Assembly (NCBI GenBank): GCA_012295275.1
Contig: CM022671.1
Span: 8,742,001 to 8,806,000 of the forward strand
Source: Chrysomallon squamiferum
Lineage: Eukaryota > Animalia > Mollusca
DNA: 64,000 nucleotides
Direction of reading: 5' to 3'
Shown piece after piece: positions 1 to 25,064 of the stretch (position 1 is its first letter; every line of letters begins with the position of its first letter). The notes beneath the pieces are model-generated. The model was given only the letters and a program-made list of their open reading frames with translations. It was not told the DNA's origin and ran no database searches. The translations under genes and the position numbers were made by a program.

Positions 1-114
1 CAAATTCTACATTTTATTAATTTAATATATCAGACAGTAACAGAAAAATATGTCAATATGTGTTACTAGCAAACATTACAATTCATCAAAACTAAATGAA
101 GATTCATTCCTTGA

Positions 115-685
115 TAAATATATTAAAATGATTTAAACTAATATATTAAAATGATTTAAACTAATATATTAAAATAATTTAAACTGATATATTAAAATAA
201 TTCAAACTGATATATTAAAATAATTTAAACTGATATATTAAAATAATTCAAACTAATATATTAAAATAATTTAAACTGATATATTAAAATAATTCAAACT
301 GATATATTAAAATAATTGAAACTGATATATTAAAATAATTCAAACTAATATATTAAAATAATTCAAACTAATATATTAAAATAATTAATACTAATATATT
401 AAAATAATCTAAACTGATATATTAAAATAATTCAAACTAATATATTAAACTAATATATTAAAATAATTCAAACTGATATATTAAAATAATTCAAACTAAT
501 ATATTAAAATAATTTAAACTGATATATTAAAATAATTCAAACTAATATATTAAAATAATTCAAACTAATATATTAAAATAATTAATACTAATATATTAAA
601 ATAATTTAAACTGATATATTAAAATAATTCAAACTAATATATTAAAATAATTCAAACTGATATATTAAAATACTTTAAACTGATA
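115..685. repeat. 23-bp minisatellite, about 25 copies, in PKC intron
   Basis: Unit AAACT(G/A)ATATATTAAAATAATT(C/T); period 23 (181 to 204). Confidence 0.95.
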
Positions 686-713
686 AGATATCAGAGTTTT
701 TTTCACATCATTA

Positions 714-10811
<10,098 letters not shown>

Positions 10812-12189
10812 TGTCACTTTTCACACGTCACTCAGAAAACTTCACTAGAAACCTGAAAGATTCAACAAGAAAAAACAACATTAGTCAATTAAAGGGAAAG
10901 GATTGAATGCATGAATTCACATATTTTGACTGAGGACTTGTTTTCAGAAGTATACTTGTCAACAAACAAACAAACAAGTAAATAAATAAACAAACAAACA
11001 AATAAATAAATAACATTAAAAAAGCAAACAATGACTTCAAGAGTTTGTTTTGTTTTACTTTAAATAATTATTAATTTTTGAAATGAATAAAAACTTAGTG
11101 ATGTTATTTATGAACAGAAAGCAATAACCTAAATATATTCTATATACTCCATTATATTTTTAATTTACTGTGTGATCAACCTTTGCTAACTATAAAGCAT
11201 AATCACAAAATAAGACCAATGATGAATTATAGGTTATCATTTTTCTTTTATCACCATTATTTCTGTGACAAATAAAAAAGAGAGAATGTTAGGTTCCACA
11301 TATTGTCATAGAATTGATGTTTTACAGGGTCATTTATTTTTATGAAAGGTTGTTGTAATGGAAAAAAATTAAAAAAAAAAAAAAAAAACATGGAAGTATC
11401 TGGCTTTTGACTATTTGTTTGTACAGTTAATTTGAAAAACAAGTAATAAGTGCAAAGCTGGAGTATCTGATATTTTCATCCTGAAAAACAAATAATGGAC
11501 AAAAGACAGCCAAACAGTTTGAAATGTGTGATACTCCATCAAGATGATGAATCACTAATGTTCAGCCTTCACAGTTAATTACATTTCTAATCAGCTTCTC
11601 ACCACGTTTTTTATCTTCTTAATAAACATCTCAATTTACTGAATGTTTTTAACACTTAATATGATGAGCCTTGGTCGTATTTGTAACTGTAGCTGAAACA
11701 ATATCATTAGCTTTGTTAATAATTTAGACTTTATTCCATGGTGCCTGTGCTTTCAGACAGAACTCAGCAACTGCTGAAGAAAATAATAATTGATCAGTCT
11801 TATGATGGGGAGTTTCCAAGGGATGTTATGGCCAGCCTTTCCCCCAAACAAATTATTAATATTAATATTTATTTTTTTTTTTTTTGTCAATATGCCACTG
11901 ATAAAAACCAGTCTAATGTTGGATGTGTAAAGGTCTAATGTACAAGAAGCAAGCAGGAAAGCACTGAGATGATTTAATAGCCTCTAAGGCAAAGAATAAA
12001 GATTCAGTCCTGTGATTCTGTGTTTCACAGAGGATATCAGTACTCAGCTCATTGTCAGTGATCACTTGAAATTTATTCCACACTTAGTGGAAGGAGAGTG
12101 ACACAACATGTTGGATTATCTTATTAATGACCCATATCTCCAATCGACAAATGAAAACACTGGCTTAGGTAATAGAGTGAATAGGTATC

Positions 12190-12450
12190 AGCCTTGATGA
12201 TGGTGTGATTAAGACTTAGCTTTATGATGATGCAATCATGTTTTATTTGTGAAGCTTCTATGATTAAGCCTTAGCCGTGATGATGTTGTGATTAAGCAGT
12301 TGACTTTGATGACATTACGATTAAGCCTTATCCTGGGCGATGCTGCAATTAAACAATTAGTCTTGTTAAAACTTTCCTCAAGCGTTTAGCCTTGATGAAG
12401 CTTTCATTGAGCCTATTCACTGATAACACTCTAATTAAGTCTTAGGTAAC
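12190..12450. repeat. Degenerate 28-29-bp tandem repeat, about 9 copies
   Basis: Recurring TTAGCCTTGATGA...GATTAAGC. Confidence 0.7.
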
Positions 12451-15042
12451 AATGATGCTCTGTAGAATTACATCTTGAAATACCTTTCAAAGATCAGCAA
12501 AGTTAACTGTAGAAGGATTCTGCTGATTCTGATACAAGGCTCTGACACACTAACAGTATTTCTGAGATTTCTTAATCTGATAGCCTTAACAACACGATAC
12601 AACTTGTTCAGCAGATATTATCCAGATGTTTCAATCTATTCTGCTCTGGCTTGCAGCTGTTTTTATGAACTCTTCAGTCACCACCAACATTACACCTAAC
12701 AGAAAGAAGATCAGAGATCTGTGAAGTTCTTACCTAAAATAACCAGCCTCAGAAAAGTTAGCCCAGACATTTAAATATAAAAAAGTTAATAAGTATTACA
12801 AATATCAACTGAAGTAGATGCTAATGTATGTGGGCATCATATTAATATCAAATGCTTAAGTTATTTATCAAAAATAAAAAATGAAAAATTGGCTTCAAAT
12901 CCTTCTTAAATTAAAGACATGTTTCCTCTTTAAAGCTATGTCTTATAATGGATTAGTTTTAATTATTTCTCACTGCTCATTAGTAAAAGAAAATTAGGGT
13001 GGGATTTTTTTTTCAGTTTTGTTTGGGGGTTTTTCATAAATTTCCTACACCTGTTTAGCCAACATCAAAGCCAAACTGGAAAACTTGTGTAAGCTGTTGC
13101 AGTTTTAATTTAATATTCTTGATTTTGTCAGATAAGTTCCTAACTCTTGCTCTGTAACTGGTATGTCATGGTGCTGTTGTTTTACTTGTTTATTGGAAAG
13201 TTCATATGAAAGAGTCCATGTTGGTCATGAAATTAGCCAATGAAAAGGAATGAATGAAAGTTTAATATTTTAATATTAATGAGTCACTTACATGATGCTA
13301 TAAATGATTCTGTTGATATTTATGATATTTATGGTATATTTCTTCCCACAGAAAGAACAGACATGTTTTTGGGGTGAACATGAAAGAGTACATGACACAT
13401 TTGTTCTATAATCAAATGATGAACAAACCTTTTCATTATGAAAACAATATTAAATGACTCAAACATTATAACTGTTATTATTAAAAGTTGGTAACTACTA
13501 CTAGTAATTATTAAAACATAATTATTTACAATTTATTCATTCTTTTGTAAATCAGGTGGAAACTTCCTGAAAGGTAAATTTCAAAACTGTGCTTACTTCC
13601 TGGGTGCTCAGTCAGTTTGTATTTTTTTTTAACTTCTGTAATTTTATTCCATGAATGTGCTGTGTCTAAGCTCTTTTATAGGCTTCTGTATTAAGTGTCT
13701 GGGTCGGGTATTACTTCTTTTGCTTTTGTATGTTTTTTTAACCTTTGTGTTGAATGATTGTATCTTTGGATCACTACAATTAAACGACATCTACACAAAA
13801 CTGTAAGGGATATCCACAAAGGAGGACTGGATTCATATTCACCTACATGTGTTACATTACTGCCTGTACATTCCAGCCAGAAAAAAGGAAAGAAAAATCC
13901 TCAGTTAAAACACACAGTTATTAGGGATGTTGTAAAACGTTACTTCACCTCAAGTGTTAATTCTTGTAAGAAGCTCAGCAATCCAAAGAGCAAAGTTAAT
14001 TCCAAATCTACAGCAGCCAACTGCACTAATACATTTTAGTTTCAAAGAATGTTTGTTACACTTTATGTTACATTCACTGGCTCAACAACATTTATACCCA
14101 GTGACCCAACAAAATTTATTATTTCCTGTGTGAGAAAATTTCACCCTCAACAAATTCTTCACAAGAAGTATTAACAGATGAATAATACAACTTTTGATAA
14201 ACAGGTCAATGTTGTCAGTGTTGTTAGTTGTAATGAAAAAGATATTTTGACATCAAATATTATTCATTATGTTCCTAAAACAACAATAACAGTCCAGAAA
14301 ACAACATTATAACTTGACTAGGTCAATATTGTATGTTAAATATTTCATTTATAAAAATACACCCATTCACTAATTTCAAATCAAACAAATTATAAAACAT
14401 TAATCTGATTACAAAAGATTGAAGTCATATAAAAGGTGTTAATTTTTCAAAGGACAAATATCTGGTTCCATATATTTTTTTTTTTTTTTTTCACAGTCAG
14501 ATCCAATGAAAAACCTATCAGATTCACATCTGATTAATTAACAAACACACCATCAAGGTTAGCAATAGCTGTAGTGTAAGAAGCAACTCAGGTTAAAAAA
14601 AAAAAAACATATCTTGTACGATATCTGGTTTCTTGAGACCCAGCAATCTTAATTAGTTACCTAACATCAACAGAACAGCTCCATGTTTAGATTACAGAAC
14701 AAAAAAAAATCATCATCAGTGAAAGACGGAACTATAAGCCAGATGAAGGTGTTCTGCAGTAAATGTTAACAAAGAAAATAACTTACAGTTAATTCTTCAA
14801 AGACCTTTCATCAACCATTAGACACAGGTGTTTCTAGGGATACTATTTTTACTTGTATGAAGGTCATTCGACTCATTTCAAGCTCGTTTTAATGTTTTCT
14901 CTTTTTGGGGGGTGTGAAGAGGGAGGATCAAAATTCCATTACAGATAATGATACAAATGTTTTTCAGTTATGTTTTAATGTGATGTGTTTAATTTAATTT
15001 AATTTAATTTATGTATTTATTTATTTTATTTATTTAATTATT

Positions 15043-15078
<36 letters not shown>

Positions 15079-17059
15079 TTGTAGAGTATCAGATCTACCC
15101 TTTGTTTGTTTTGTTTGGTTTGTAGACAGAAATATTCTCATTTACAACTTGCTATGGTTCTAGCAAGTATTTCATAACACACAGAAAAAACCCACCTCTG
15201 GGAAGACAATCACAAACAGTGTCTGAAATTCAAGCCAGAAGCAAGACAACATCTAGTACTAGGAATTTACTTCAAATAAAAGCATTTTTTTCTAGAATCT
15301 TTTTTTAATTATTATTTAAAAAAAAAAAAAAAAACAACATCTAATAAAAGAAATGGATAAAAGAACATTTTTGTATGACAAGAGTTTAGAATTCTGATTT
15401 ACTATCGTGCTAATTCTAATTGGTTTTTAAAAAAGGAAAAATTATATTACTTATTTGAATGATTCTTTCAGTTTTCCTATCTTTATGTTGTTTTTAACTT
15501 GCTTTGATGTTAAATGAGAAGACTCATGTTTTTGTTTTTTTTCACTTTCATGCATATAAAACACTGAAAGATGTGTAATCTAAAGATGAATGTATTCAAC
15601 AAAGAAGTAAAGATGAATGATTTGTCTTCAGAAGATTATACTGAATAGATTATCAGATGATAATGTAAAAATGGGTTGAATGAGTTAAAATGCTGATTGA
15701 TCTACTGTGTAAAAATAATAAATAATACTGAAAGGATTATAAGGTAAATTTGCTGAATATTCTCGAGTGAATGTGCAAAATGGTTCATCACACAAAAGAA
15801 CTTAATGGAAAGAACAGATCGTGAACTAAAATAATTCTTTATGATTGTTGAAAGTAATAAGCTAATTAGTTGTCAAGAACAATAAGTCAACAGGTTAACA
15901 ACAGCAATGAAACATTAATTGCAGAAATCAGTGAAAGTTACAACCTGTGAACTACTTTCAGATACATGTAAGAAACAAAATGGTGATCAAATCATGAACT
16001 GAATTTAAACAATTGCTTTAACAAAGAAAATAACTGTTACAAACATGGTTACATCTGTGTTGGCTGTCTATCACATTAGTGTTGGAGGCAATGTTATTAA
16101 ATAAAAAAAAGGCATGTATCACTCCCTTGTTAGCTAAGGTTAGGAGCTTATAACAGAAATCTAAACCCTGGCCAGATATTGGAATATGGTCCATATGTTA
16201 ACTCTAAGTAACAGTGAGTGAATAAGAGGGATACAGCCCAGTGTCATAAATTAATTCTAAAACCTACCAGTTCTTAACAATGGCACCAAACAGGCTTGTA
16301 GGAGACAATAAAATTCTAATTTTAAAAATAACAAAAATTCCTCCATGCTTGTTTATTCCATTTGCTATTTTTAGTGTTTATGTCGACTGCGGATTTTAAG
16401 ACAGCATCAGTTATTTCAAGACTGTTGACATTTCAGTTTAAACTTCACAATCCCAGAAACATTTGCCAGGGTAAACTTCTGTTATTAGATTTCACTAACA
16501 AAACCGTATACTGTGTTTTAAAAAGCTGTTGATCTTTTTGCAGGTTACTGTAACCTATACACATAACAAAAGTTATGGAAACTGAACATTAAATAAAAAA
16601 TACACCTCACCCATTTTGTTTTATAAGCATATTCAATGTGTTTCACGTTTCTGCAATTACTGGCATTAAAAAATTGAAGAAAAAAAAAGAAACTATGCAT
16701 CTTGTTTTTTATTCTGTATTATTGCCAAAACATCAGTTTACTTTTATATTTTTATGATTATGCACAAAAGTGATGTTCAAATAAGCAATCCATCCGTTCA
16801 GACATGTTTAGAAAGTTAATATATCAGCATAAAACTGTTTTCTTTCTGTTACTGCAGTTTTGACAAAATGTCAGTTATAATTTTTGTTTAATTTTATTTA
16901 TCAAGATTCCAGCATGCTTTTCAGCTGATGATGCAAAATTCTTAAGAGATGAGTACTTTAGGAGAACAGAAACATTGATACATCTCTTTTCAGTCTTAAT
17001 AACCAATGAAAGATAATTAATATCAGTAGATAAAAACATCTTACATCCTGCAGAAGTTA

Positions 17060-17200
17060 ATTATTAGCAAAAAGAGATCTTCCAATGCACCATCCCACAG
17101 ACAGGAAAGCACATGTCATATACCCTTTGTTAAATCTTTTGTTTAGTACTGGCTGAAATGTGATATGTCCCATGGGAGGAATTGATCCCGTAACCAATCA
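17060..17200 (+). mobile_element. Decayed dispersed repeat copy (same family)
   Basis: TTATTAGCAAAAAGAGATC...GCACCATCCCACAGACAGGAAAGCACA...TACTGGCTGAAATG...GAGGAATTGATCC. Confidence 0.6.
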
Positions 17201-18073
17201 AACATTCTACTCTGACAACTTCCGTGTTGCTATAATGTAGCAGATTTCCTCTGAAGACTTGTCAGAAAATACCAAATGCTTGACAAAACTTTGCTTAAAT
17301 TTTTTAAATTACTGACACACAAAAACAAACTGTAAACACTCTCCACTGTTCTAAACTACATATATTTCAATTTAAAAATAGTCTGCTTCACTCTCACCTG
17401 AGGATTATTGTTTAAAACTGTTAGAGTCAGGTCTCATGATTGTTGACATTTCATACACACTTATACATAATTTACAACTGGCTGTTATTGCTGTTTTCTT
17501 TATATTGTGTACAATCAGCTGAAATGCAGACTACTGAATTATCAGTCTGAATAATTAAAATGTAAGCCAATATATTCAGAAAAATGTAGGACAGACACAG
17601 AGCTGTGTAAGTATATACTAATACTACAGCATGACTACTTCATAGTCATACAGATACACTGATAAACACAAAATACTATAGGTTTAACCTATTTAACTAA
17701 ACAGACAGAAACATATACATATACACATATAAATACATAAAAAACATAGACACATGCATGCACATACACATTTATATATAGATTTTTATATATTAATAGA
17801 AAATAAATGGTAATGATATGTACAAGTACTGGCTGTAACCTACGTAAAATACTAGATAATACTCTGCATCACTTAACATCCTCACTGTTATCAATAAATA
17901 AATTCTTGTATTAGCAGGTACTGATATCATATTTCAGATATTGTGCAAGAAAATACTTTTTATTTGTTTTAATGTTAAATGTGTTATTTTATCCAAAATA
18001 GCTCAAGTATTTTTTTTTAGATATATATATAGTATATTGTACAAAACTGTACTTGTTTAAATTGATTCTACTT

Positions 18074-18074
<1 letters not shown>

Positions 18075-18128
<54 letters not shown>
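18075..18128. repeat. (CT)n microsatellite
   Basis: Direct read. Confidence 0.95.
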
Positions 18129-18131
<3 letters not shown>

Positions 18132-20574
18132 AGTTTTTTATTATTTATTATTATTAGTCTTTTTTCTTTTTTTTCAGGGGTATGGTAAACACATCATTGT
18201 TTAAAACTTTTATTAGTTACTTAGGTTACATATATATATGTATTTTGTTCAACAGGTAATGGAAAGCCACTTTGTCTTTGCAAACTGTTTTAGTTAAACT
18301 GTTTCAATTTACATGAATGTATTAATATTATGAATACTTCATTTTGTTTTACTTGAAATAATTTGAATCTTTTAAAGTTTATGATTAGTTCTTCCATTGT
18401 CCCAAACAGTTTTAATTTACCTGTATTGTATTTATGATCACCCTGTTTTGGTTGAATTAAAACAGTTTGAAACCGCACCCTTGTTTCAAAGCTATGGTTA
18501 GTTCTTCCATTATCTCGAACTGTTTATCTAGATCTGTGTTCTGTGGCTGACATTATTACGTTACCTGTACACAGACTGGTTTTATTTTACAGTTTATTAT
18601 GTGTTGTAAATAGCATGAGAAGAGGATATTGCACCTAAAAGCCATTTCCTTAACCATATAACCTTTTCTCTTACTGTTTACAAAGAGAATATGCACTGAA
18701 ATTGAATGATATAGAGAAGATTAACCTTTTCAAAGTTAAAAAAAAATATAAAAATAAAGGAAATATGGAGGTTTTTATTATATGCTTATAGCTTTATTTT
18801 TTCTTTCTTTCCTTTTTTTTAAAATAGTATTCAACCTATACATGATTTTTTAATTTACATTTACATTTAATTTTGTTTTTATGTAAATGACTGTTTTATT
18901 TCTATATTAAATATTATGATTTTATCTTTAATTTTACCTGTATTATTGTATTATTATTTGCAATATATGTACATTATTGTATTAATACTATATCTTTATT
19001 ACACATGTATTAATTTCTGTTTATATTTCTCTTTGATTATATATATACTCTATGTAAGTTATTAAATTTACTGTATCTATAATCATGTTATTCACTTATA
19101 TAGTATATACTATGGTTTGGTTTTTATTCTTTATTTTATACCCCCATTTTTTCTTTTCACCATTTTACTGTTTGGAGAAAATGAAAATCAGTTGTCATTT
19201 AAGTGAAACTGAGAGAGATGGTTAAGTACCAAGCCTGGAATTCACCTGAAACAGACACTCCTGACTGATTGTATCTCTTACACCTAACCTGTTTTGTGTA
19301 CTGCTAAAAACTGCTGGTAAACAAATAAATCAAAATATGTCAGAAAAATATATACAAAGGAAGATCAGATAGTCAACAGTTTTCATAAAATGCTTAACAC
19401 GTATGCAAAATAAGATGAAAAAATTAATGTTAAACAGTATTTAGAAAAAAAGTATATATATTGGTCTATATATATATTACTGTTATCCAGTGTCAGATCT
19501 TTGTGTTTTATAATGAAGATATGAAACAAGAGTCTTGCTGCCACATAATGTGCTTTTTTATATAGCAGCAAAGGATCTTTTCTAATCACTTTCCCTCAAA
19601 CAAAAAACCACTTAAATTCTGGAGCCCTGGTTTTAATGGGAAACGCGAAATGTCAAGACAGTTGATTCCATAACCAACTGTGTCTAGGGGCATATAACTA
19701 TTAACATTAAGTGAGAATGTTATTTAAAAGAATAACTAAAAGGTAAATTAATATGAAAATTATGAAATTATATGTTTATTAATAAAAATGTTCATGTGCT
19801 TCTTTCAACACTATCACATGAATACAATAAAACCTTGGTTTAATGATGTAATTGGTTTGAAATTTCTGATCATTAAGTGAGGTATCATTAAGCAGGAGAC
19901 TAATTTACATAGAATTAAGGTCAAAAATGGTGGTTACATTCTTGCTAACAAGATCTGACATAAAAAAAGTTAAATAAGGAAAAATTAAATGGCAATTTAA
20001 ACATAAATTATTTAACAGATCATAGACATTAAACAAACAGTAAATCATTTACAAATTAATTTACACAAATAAATTGAAAAATAATTATATGCTGCTCATT
20101 GTGGGTTCATTTTTGTGGGTTTTGTATTCATTTAAGATATTGTATTTTGTTTCTAAAGTGTTTGTCATCTATTTCTTTTTATCATCAGCATTCGCAGGTG
20201 TACTATGTATTCGTCTTGACATGCTAGAAGGGTAAATTACAAAAGAGTTAAGTCTAAATGGAAGCAGAAGAGAAGAGAGAATCTGAACACCACATATACA
20301 TATCATGTCTGCATGTCAACTGAGGGAAGCTTTAGTGTATGACTGAATGAAAAATGAACCCCCATTTGTATAATTTATTTTGAGCAATTAACTATTAAAT
20401 TTCTATTTATATAACTTGTAAAAAGAAAATGATCGTTAAATGGGAGATCATCAAGCTAGGTATTACTGCACATAAATATTTATTTATAAATAAATTACAT
20501 TCTTTGTTAACTATTATTATCATCTCCTTTTGTTCAAAAATAAAAATAAACCTTCACCTCATTTGTAACCCTTC

Positions 20575-20715
20575 CATGAGACACACTGCCACACAGTATA
20601 CCATTTTACACTGCCACACACAGTATACCATTTTACACTGCCACACACAGTACACCATTTTACACTGCCACACACAGTATACCATGAGACACACTGCCAC
20701 ATTTTACCATTTTAC
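20575..20715. repeat. 27-bp minisatellite, 4-5 copies
   Basis: Unit ACACTGCCACACACAGTATACCATTTT; source of the repeated TQYTILHCH in the ORF track. Confidence 0.9.
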
Positions 20716-22613
20716 TGGTTTAGCAGCAAGAGGGCTTACATAGCAGTGATCACACCACATAACTTGATATGAGGTAGAATTAGCTGGAACAGTAAGACAC
20801 AGGGATGGTTATCAGTGCATGAAGTGCAGTGTTGTTTGTGCAATGTTTTAGAAATACTCTCCAACCAACACTGTGAAATAAAGTGTTTAAAGAAATGAGA
20901 GGTGAACAATACCTGCTGTGATCTCATACAAAGAGTTATGTTACTGCCAGGTGAAGGCAGTGAAATGTATATTAAAACAAACCAAACCAACTGAATGGCA
21001 TTCTGAATGAACAATAAAGTGAGATTCTTTTTTTTTTAAAAATGTTAAAAATTACTTATAATCATACAGTAGTAATTTTAATAATGTCAGTAGTTGTAAT
21101 GACCTTTTACAAACACAGACATAAAAATATTTCATACAGACATAAAGGTTACAAGAGATACTGAATATTTTACAAAAAGCTGAAGCCAGTTCTAAATCTG
21201 TGTTACTTCATAACTACACCACTACTAATGTTATTAGTATGTAAAAACAAAAATCTAGACATTCTTTGGCAAGAAAACTAAATGACGGATCCAGATTTAG
21301 GATGACATTTAATCCAAGTCTATGCAGGAGGATATTACTATGTGTATCTACCCATTACTGCAGTAGTATGCATATAATATAAACAACAGACTAGATAATG
21401 CAAATACCTTACTTGCTACATATCCCATTTGTTATACATCCCATTTGTTCCACATTTTCCTGATTGTTAAACAGTCATGTTACATTAACTGGTTTATCAG
21501 CCAGTTTTTAAATAATGTGAATAACAATGTCACATTTTCTGTTCTTTAATCATTTCATTATTCTATAAACATGAGGTAATCAGGAAAGGACTGACAATGC
21601 ACTTAGCTTACTCTACAGCATCTGACAAACAGGAGGATGCCCCAGCTGGAAGAACACACCCACACAGCATTAGCACCGGTCCTAAGTCTTCAAATGCCTT
21701 TAAATTTATGACTGTTTAGGACATTGTTGAATATTTATATATTTTTATTTAACCCTGGGAGCATCTCAAAATTAGTGTGTACAGCTAACAACACTCCTCA
21801 GAAATGTTAGTGGTCATTTATAAAAATTCCTGTTTCAATAATGTTTACCTCTGAATAAATAAGTCTTTTTTTAAAAATATGATTCAGTTGACCAGTCAGT
21901 TCACAATGCTCATTTGGGTAAAATATTTTTTTAAAATCTGTTTTTAAACAAGAAAAGTGAGTGATACAGTCTACGTCATGTGGCTCCAGAACTAGAAAGC
22001 TTTGGATATATATGAATGAAAGTGTTTACTGCCAGCAGTCAGCCCTAATGCATATACCATCTTTATAGAGCAGTGACCACGAAATTCTTTCAGTAATAAA
22101 GGTTAACTGAAACTCTTGTTTTTCTAAATCCTATCACATGTTTAATCGTTGTCTTTGCAGATAGCACAGACACAGGTGCACAACAAGCATGCTTTAACTA
22201 TATTAGTACATTCAAGATGTGACAATATAATCATAAACAAACCTATTTTCAAAATTTTTGTTTATCTGAAAGCACATCCCCCCCAAATATGTTAAGATTA
22301 TGTATCAAAGAGCAGATAACAGCTTGAATGAACCTGATTTCCACCTGGACTAATTAACGACTTCCAGGTGAAGATCCAGAATTTCTCACAGCATCATTAC
22401 CATGAATTAAAGTTTTTTTTATAATTTAATTATCATCCAAGATGAAATGAGTTTCATTATTAAAAAAATTGACCAGAATGTCTGATGATAGTAATAAGAT
22501 GGGTAGAAATATCAGCTGCATGATTACCTTGAATCCAGGTGTGATAAAAGTAATTAGCTTTTTAATAACACACCTGGCTTGATGATAATTAAATAAAACT
22601 GTTTTCTTCTTAC

Positions 22614-22690
22614 CTAATTAATTAGCAGGATATAAAATATTCTTCAAAACGTCAGAACATCTTTGTGTAGTTTCAGCACAAATGTTGAAC
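22614..22690 (-). other. Candidate 77-nt internal 5' UTR exon of the PKC gene
   Basis: Minus-strand acceptor ATTAACTTTATTTTGTTATTTCAG (branch-like ATTAAC plus pyrimidine tract) and donor TAG|GTAAGA; motif evidence only. Confidence 0.4.
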
Positions 22691-23820
22691 CTGAAATAAC
22701 AAAATAAAGTTAATTTTATAATTAGTTATGTGTGTATGTATGTAATAAACTGAAAAACAACAACAACGTAAGTGACATAAGCGATTTAACTTATTAGAAA
22801 CCATGATAAAACAGCCATATAAAATACAGTTAAATTATATAAATTAAATTATAAAAGTTTTAAAGTTTTATGTAATCAGTGGAAATACAAAGACAAGTCT
22901 CTAATTTAATGTTATGGGGGATTTTTTTGTGTTTTTAAAAAAAAAAAACAGAAATTGTTTAAAATATTATATTGCAGTCACAGAATATACAACAACAGTA
23001 ATAATAATAACAATAATAATAACAATAATAATAACAATAATAATGATAATAATAATAAATAGTAATAATATAATTATTAGTTAATAATAATAACAAAACA
23101 ATAATATTAGTAATTATAGTAATAAATATAATCCGAAATTTTTTAAAAAGAATCAAACACCTTCAGATATTGATTAGAAACACCCAGATTAGAACATATA
23201 TGAATATATACTATTAACCTAATTATAAAATCACCTTTTACATTTCTAAAACTTCTACCTGAAATCAGTGCTACGGATACATCTATAAAAAATTCCTCTA
23301 CAAAACTGCTCTGCAGTACAAGTTCAAAAAATAACCTCCATCTCTGAATAAAACTTTCTTTACAGCAGAGTTCAGTTCGAATGGGTAAAATCCTGGTTTC
23401 AGCCCACCACACAATACAACAATAACAGCATGCTTGCTTTGTTTATACACCAGGAAGGCATACACAGCCAATAAACTGATAACACATGTCATAAAGAACA
23501 AGATTTTTTTTTCTCTCTCTCTCTTTCTATTTTCATCAGATTATACAACCACCACAATCCTCACTCAGAGAGCAGAAAACCCAGACTCCTCCCTTCAACA
23601 CATTCTGGTGTACTCAGAACATTCCTGGTATCTGATAAACTTCAGCTATTACTGCGGATGTTCCTGGCTTCTGGTGCCTCCGTGTGTACGCATTGCTGTA
23701 TCACTTAATGAATGAACAGCTGCTGGTGTCCAATCACAGAGTTATCTCAGGAGCTGGGCCTGCTATTGGTGGCTTTAATGATTCACAGACGTAATGTGTA
23801 GCAGAACACACACCTACATG

Positions 23821-23824
<4 letters not shown>

Positions 23825-23876
<52 letters not shown>
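23825..23876. repeat. (AC)n microsatellite
   Basis: Direct read. Confidence 0.95.
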
Positions 23877-23879
<3 letters not shown>

Positions 23880-24397
23880 ACATACATACATGACTTTAGT
23901 CATCTGTTGTTAATACAGGTAAATTTTTTATAATGTTTCTGACTCACAAGAAACAAAAAAAAACTTTTTTCTTTCTTTTTTTTTTAAATTCAGGTCATTT
24001 TGGAGAACTTTCAGGTGTGTAATTTTCTAAGCAGAAAAAAAAAAAAAAAAAAAAAATTTGTAATTAGTTGTGTTTTCTGTCAAATTACTGATACCTGTGT
24101 AAATTAGAACTATGTTGTTGTTTTCAGGTGTTTTGTAATTTTTGGTGTGTTTTTGGGGGGAGGTTTTGTTGTTGTTGTTGTTTTTTTAAACTATATTTGA
24201 AAAGATTTTTATATTATAAAATAGTTTACTGTTAGGTGTATTTGTTTATTAATTTATTTTTTTATATATTCTATATATAATTTTCTACCCACAAGTCTAT
24301 TAATTCATTATCTTTATTTATTACCCTTTATTTTATCTACTTATCTATCTGCCCTATATATACCTATATAATTATGTATTGTTATCTATCAGGTAGC

Positions 24398-24433
<36 letters not shown>

Positions 24434-25064
24434 AACATTTGTGTATTATTCTCTGTCAGTTATGTTTATATTTCAATTAACATTCATTTGTTTGTTATTA
24501 ACTATTTATATACATTTATTAGTAATGTTTAGTTTAGTTTTTTCTGGTCATGATTCAGGATGACAATTAAACAAGTACAGTATTCCCACCCTGATTAGAT
24601 TACTTTTCAGGGTGGCATCCCTTTTCACAGGTACTTTATGTTTAACAATGACATATGATCTAACACAAGTCACACGACTGATAATTCATCTTGTTTATCA
24701 CGACCTGTAATATCATCCAGCAGTTAATTTCTATCTATCATTCTCTCAATTAATTTATCATTTGTGATTTTTACAAACATTTTTTAGTTCATTACAGTGT
24801 TATAGTTTATAAAAAAACACATTCTCAGTACATATAAACATATATACATATAAATGTATACATATTTTTTATCAGTTATTTATTACTTCCTTCTTTTTTT
24901 TTCTTATCTGTCATACTAAAATGCTATTAAAATATTAACATGTTGTCTCTTGTTGACTAGGAAGTAGTTTTGTAATATTATACTGCACACTGCTTATGTT
25001 CCCGGTCTCTACCTGCATATTATTTGATAAGAGAGATTAAATGCTGTTTTTTTTGTGTGTTTTT

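Noticed and set aside
115-685. Possible CRISPR array from regular 23-42-bp repeats (also 8.3, 39.3, 51.4 and 57.8 kb)
   Set aside because: Units are head-to-tail with no unique spacers, there are no cas genes, and the context is a spliced eukaryotic gene.
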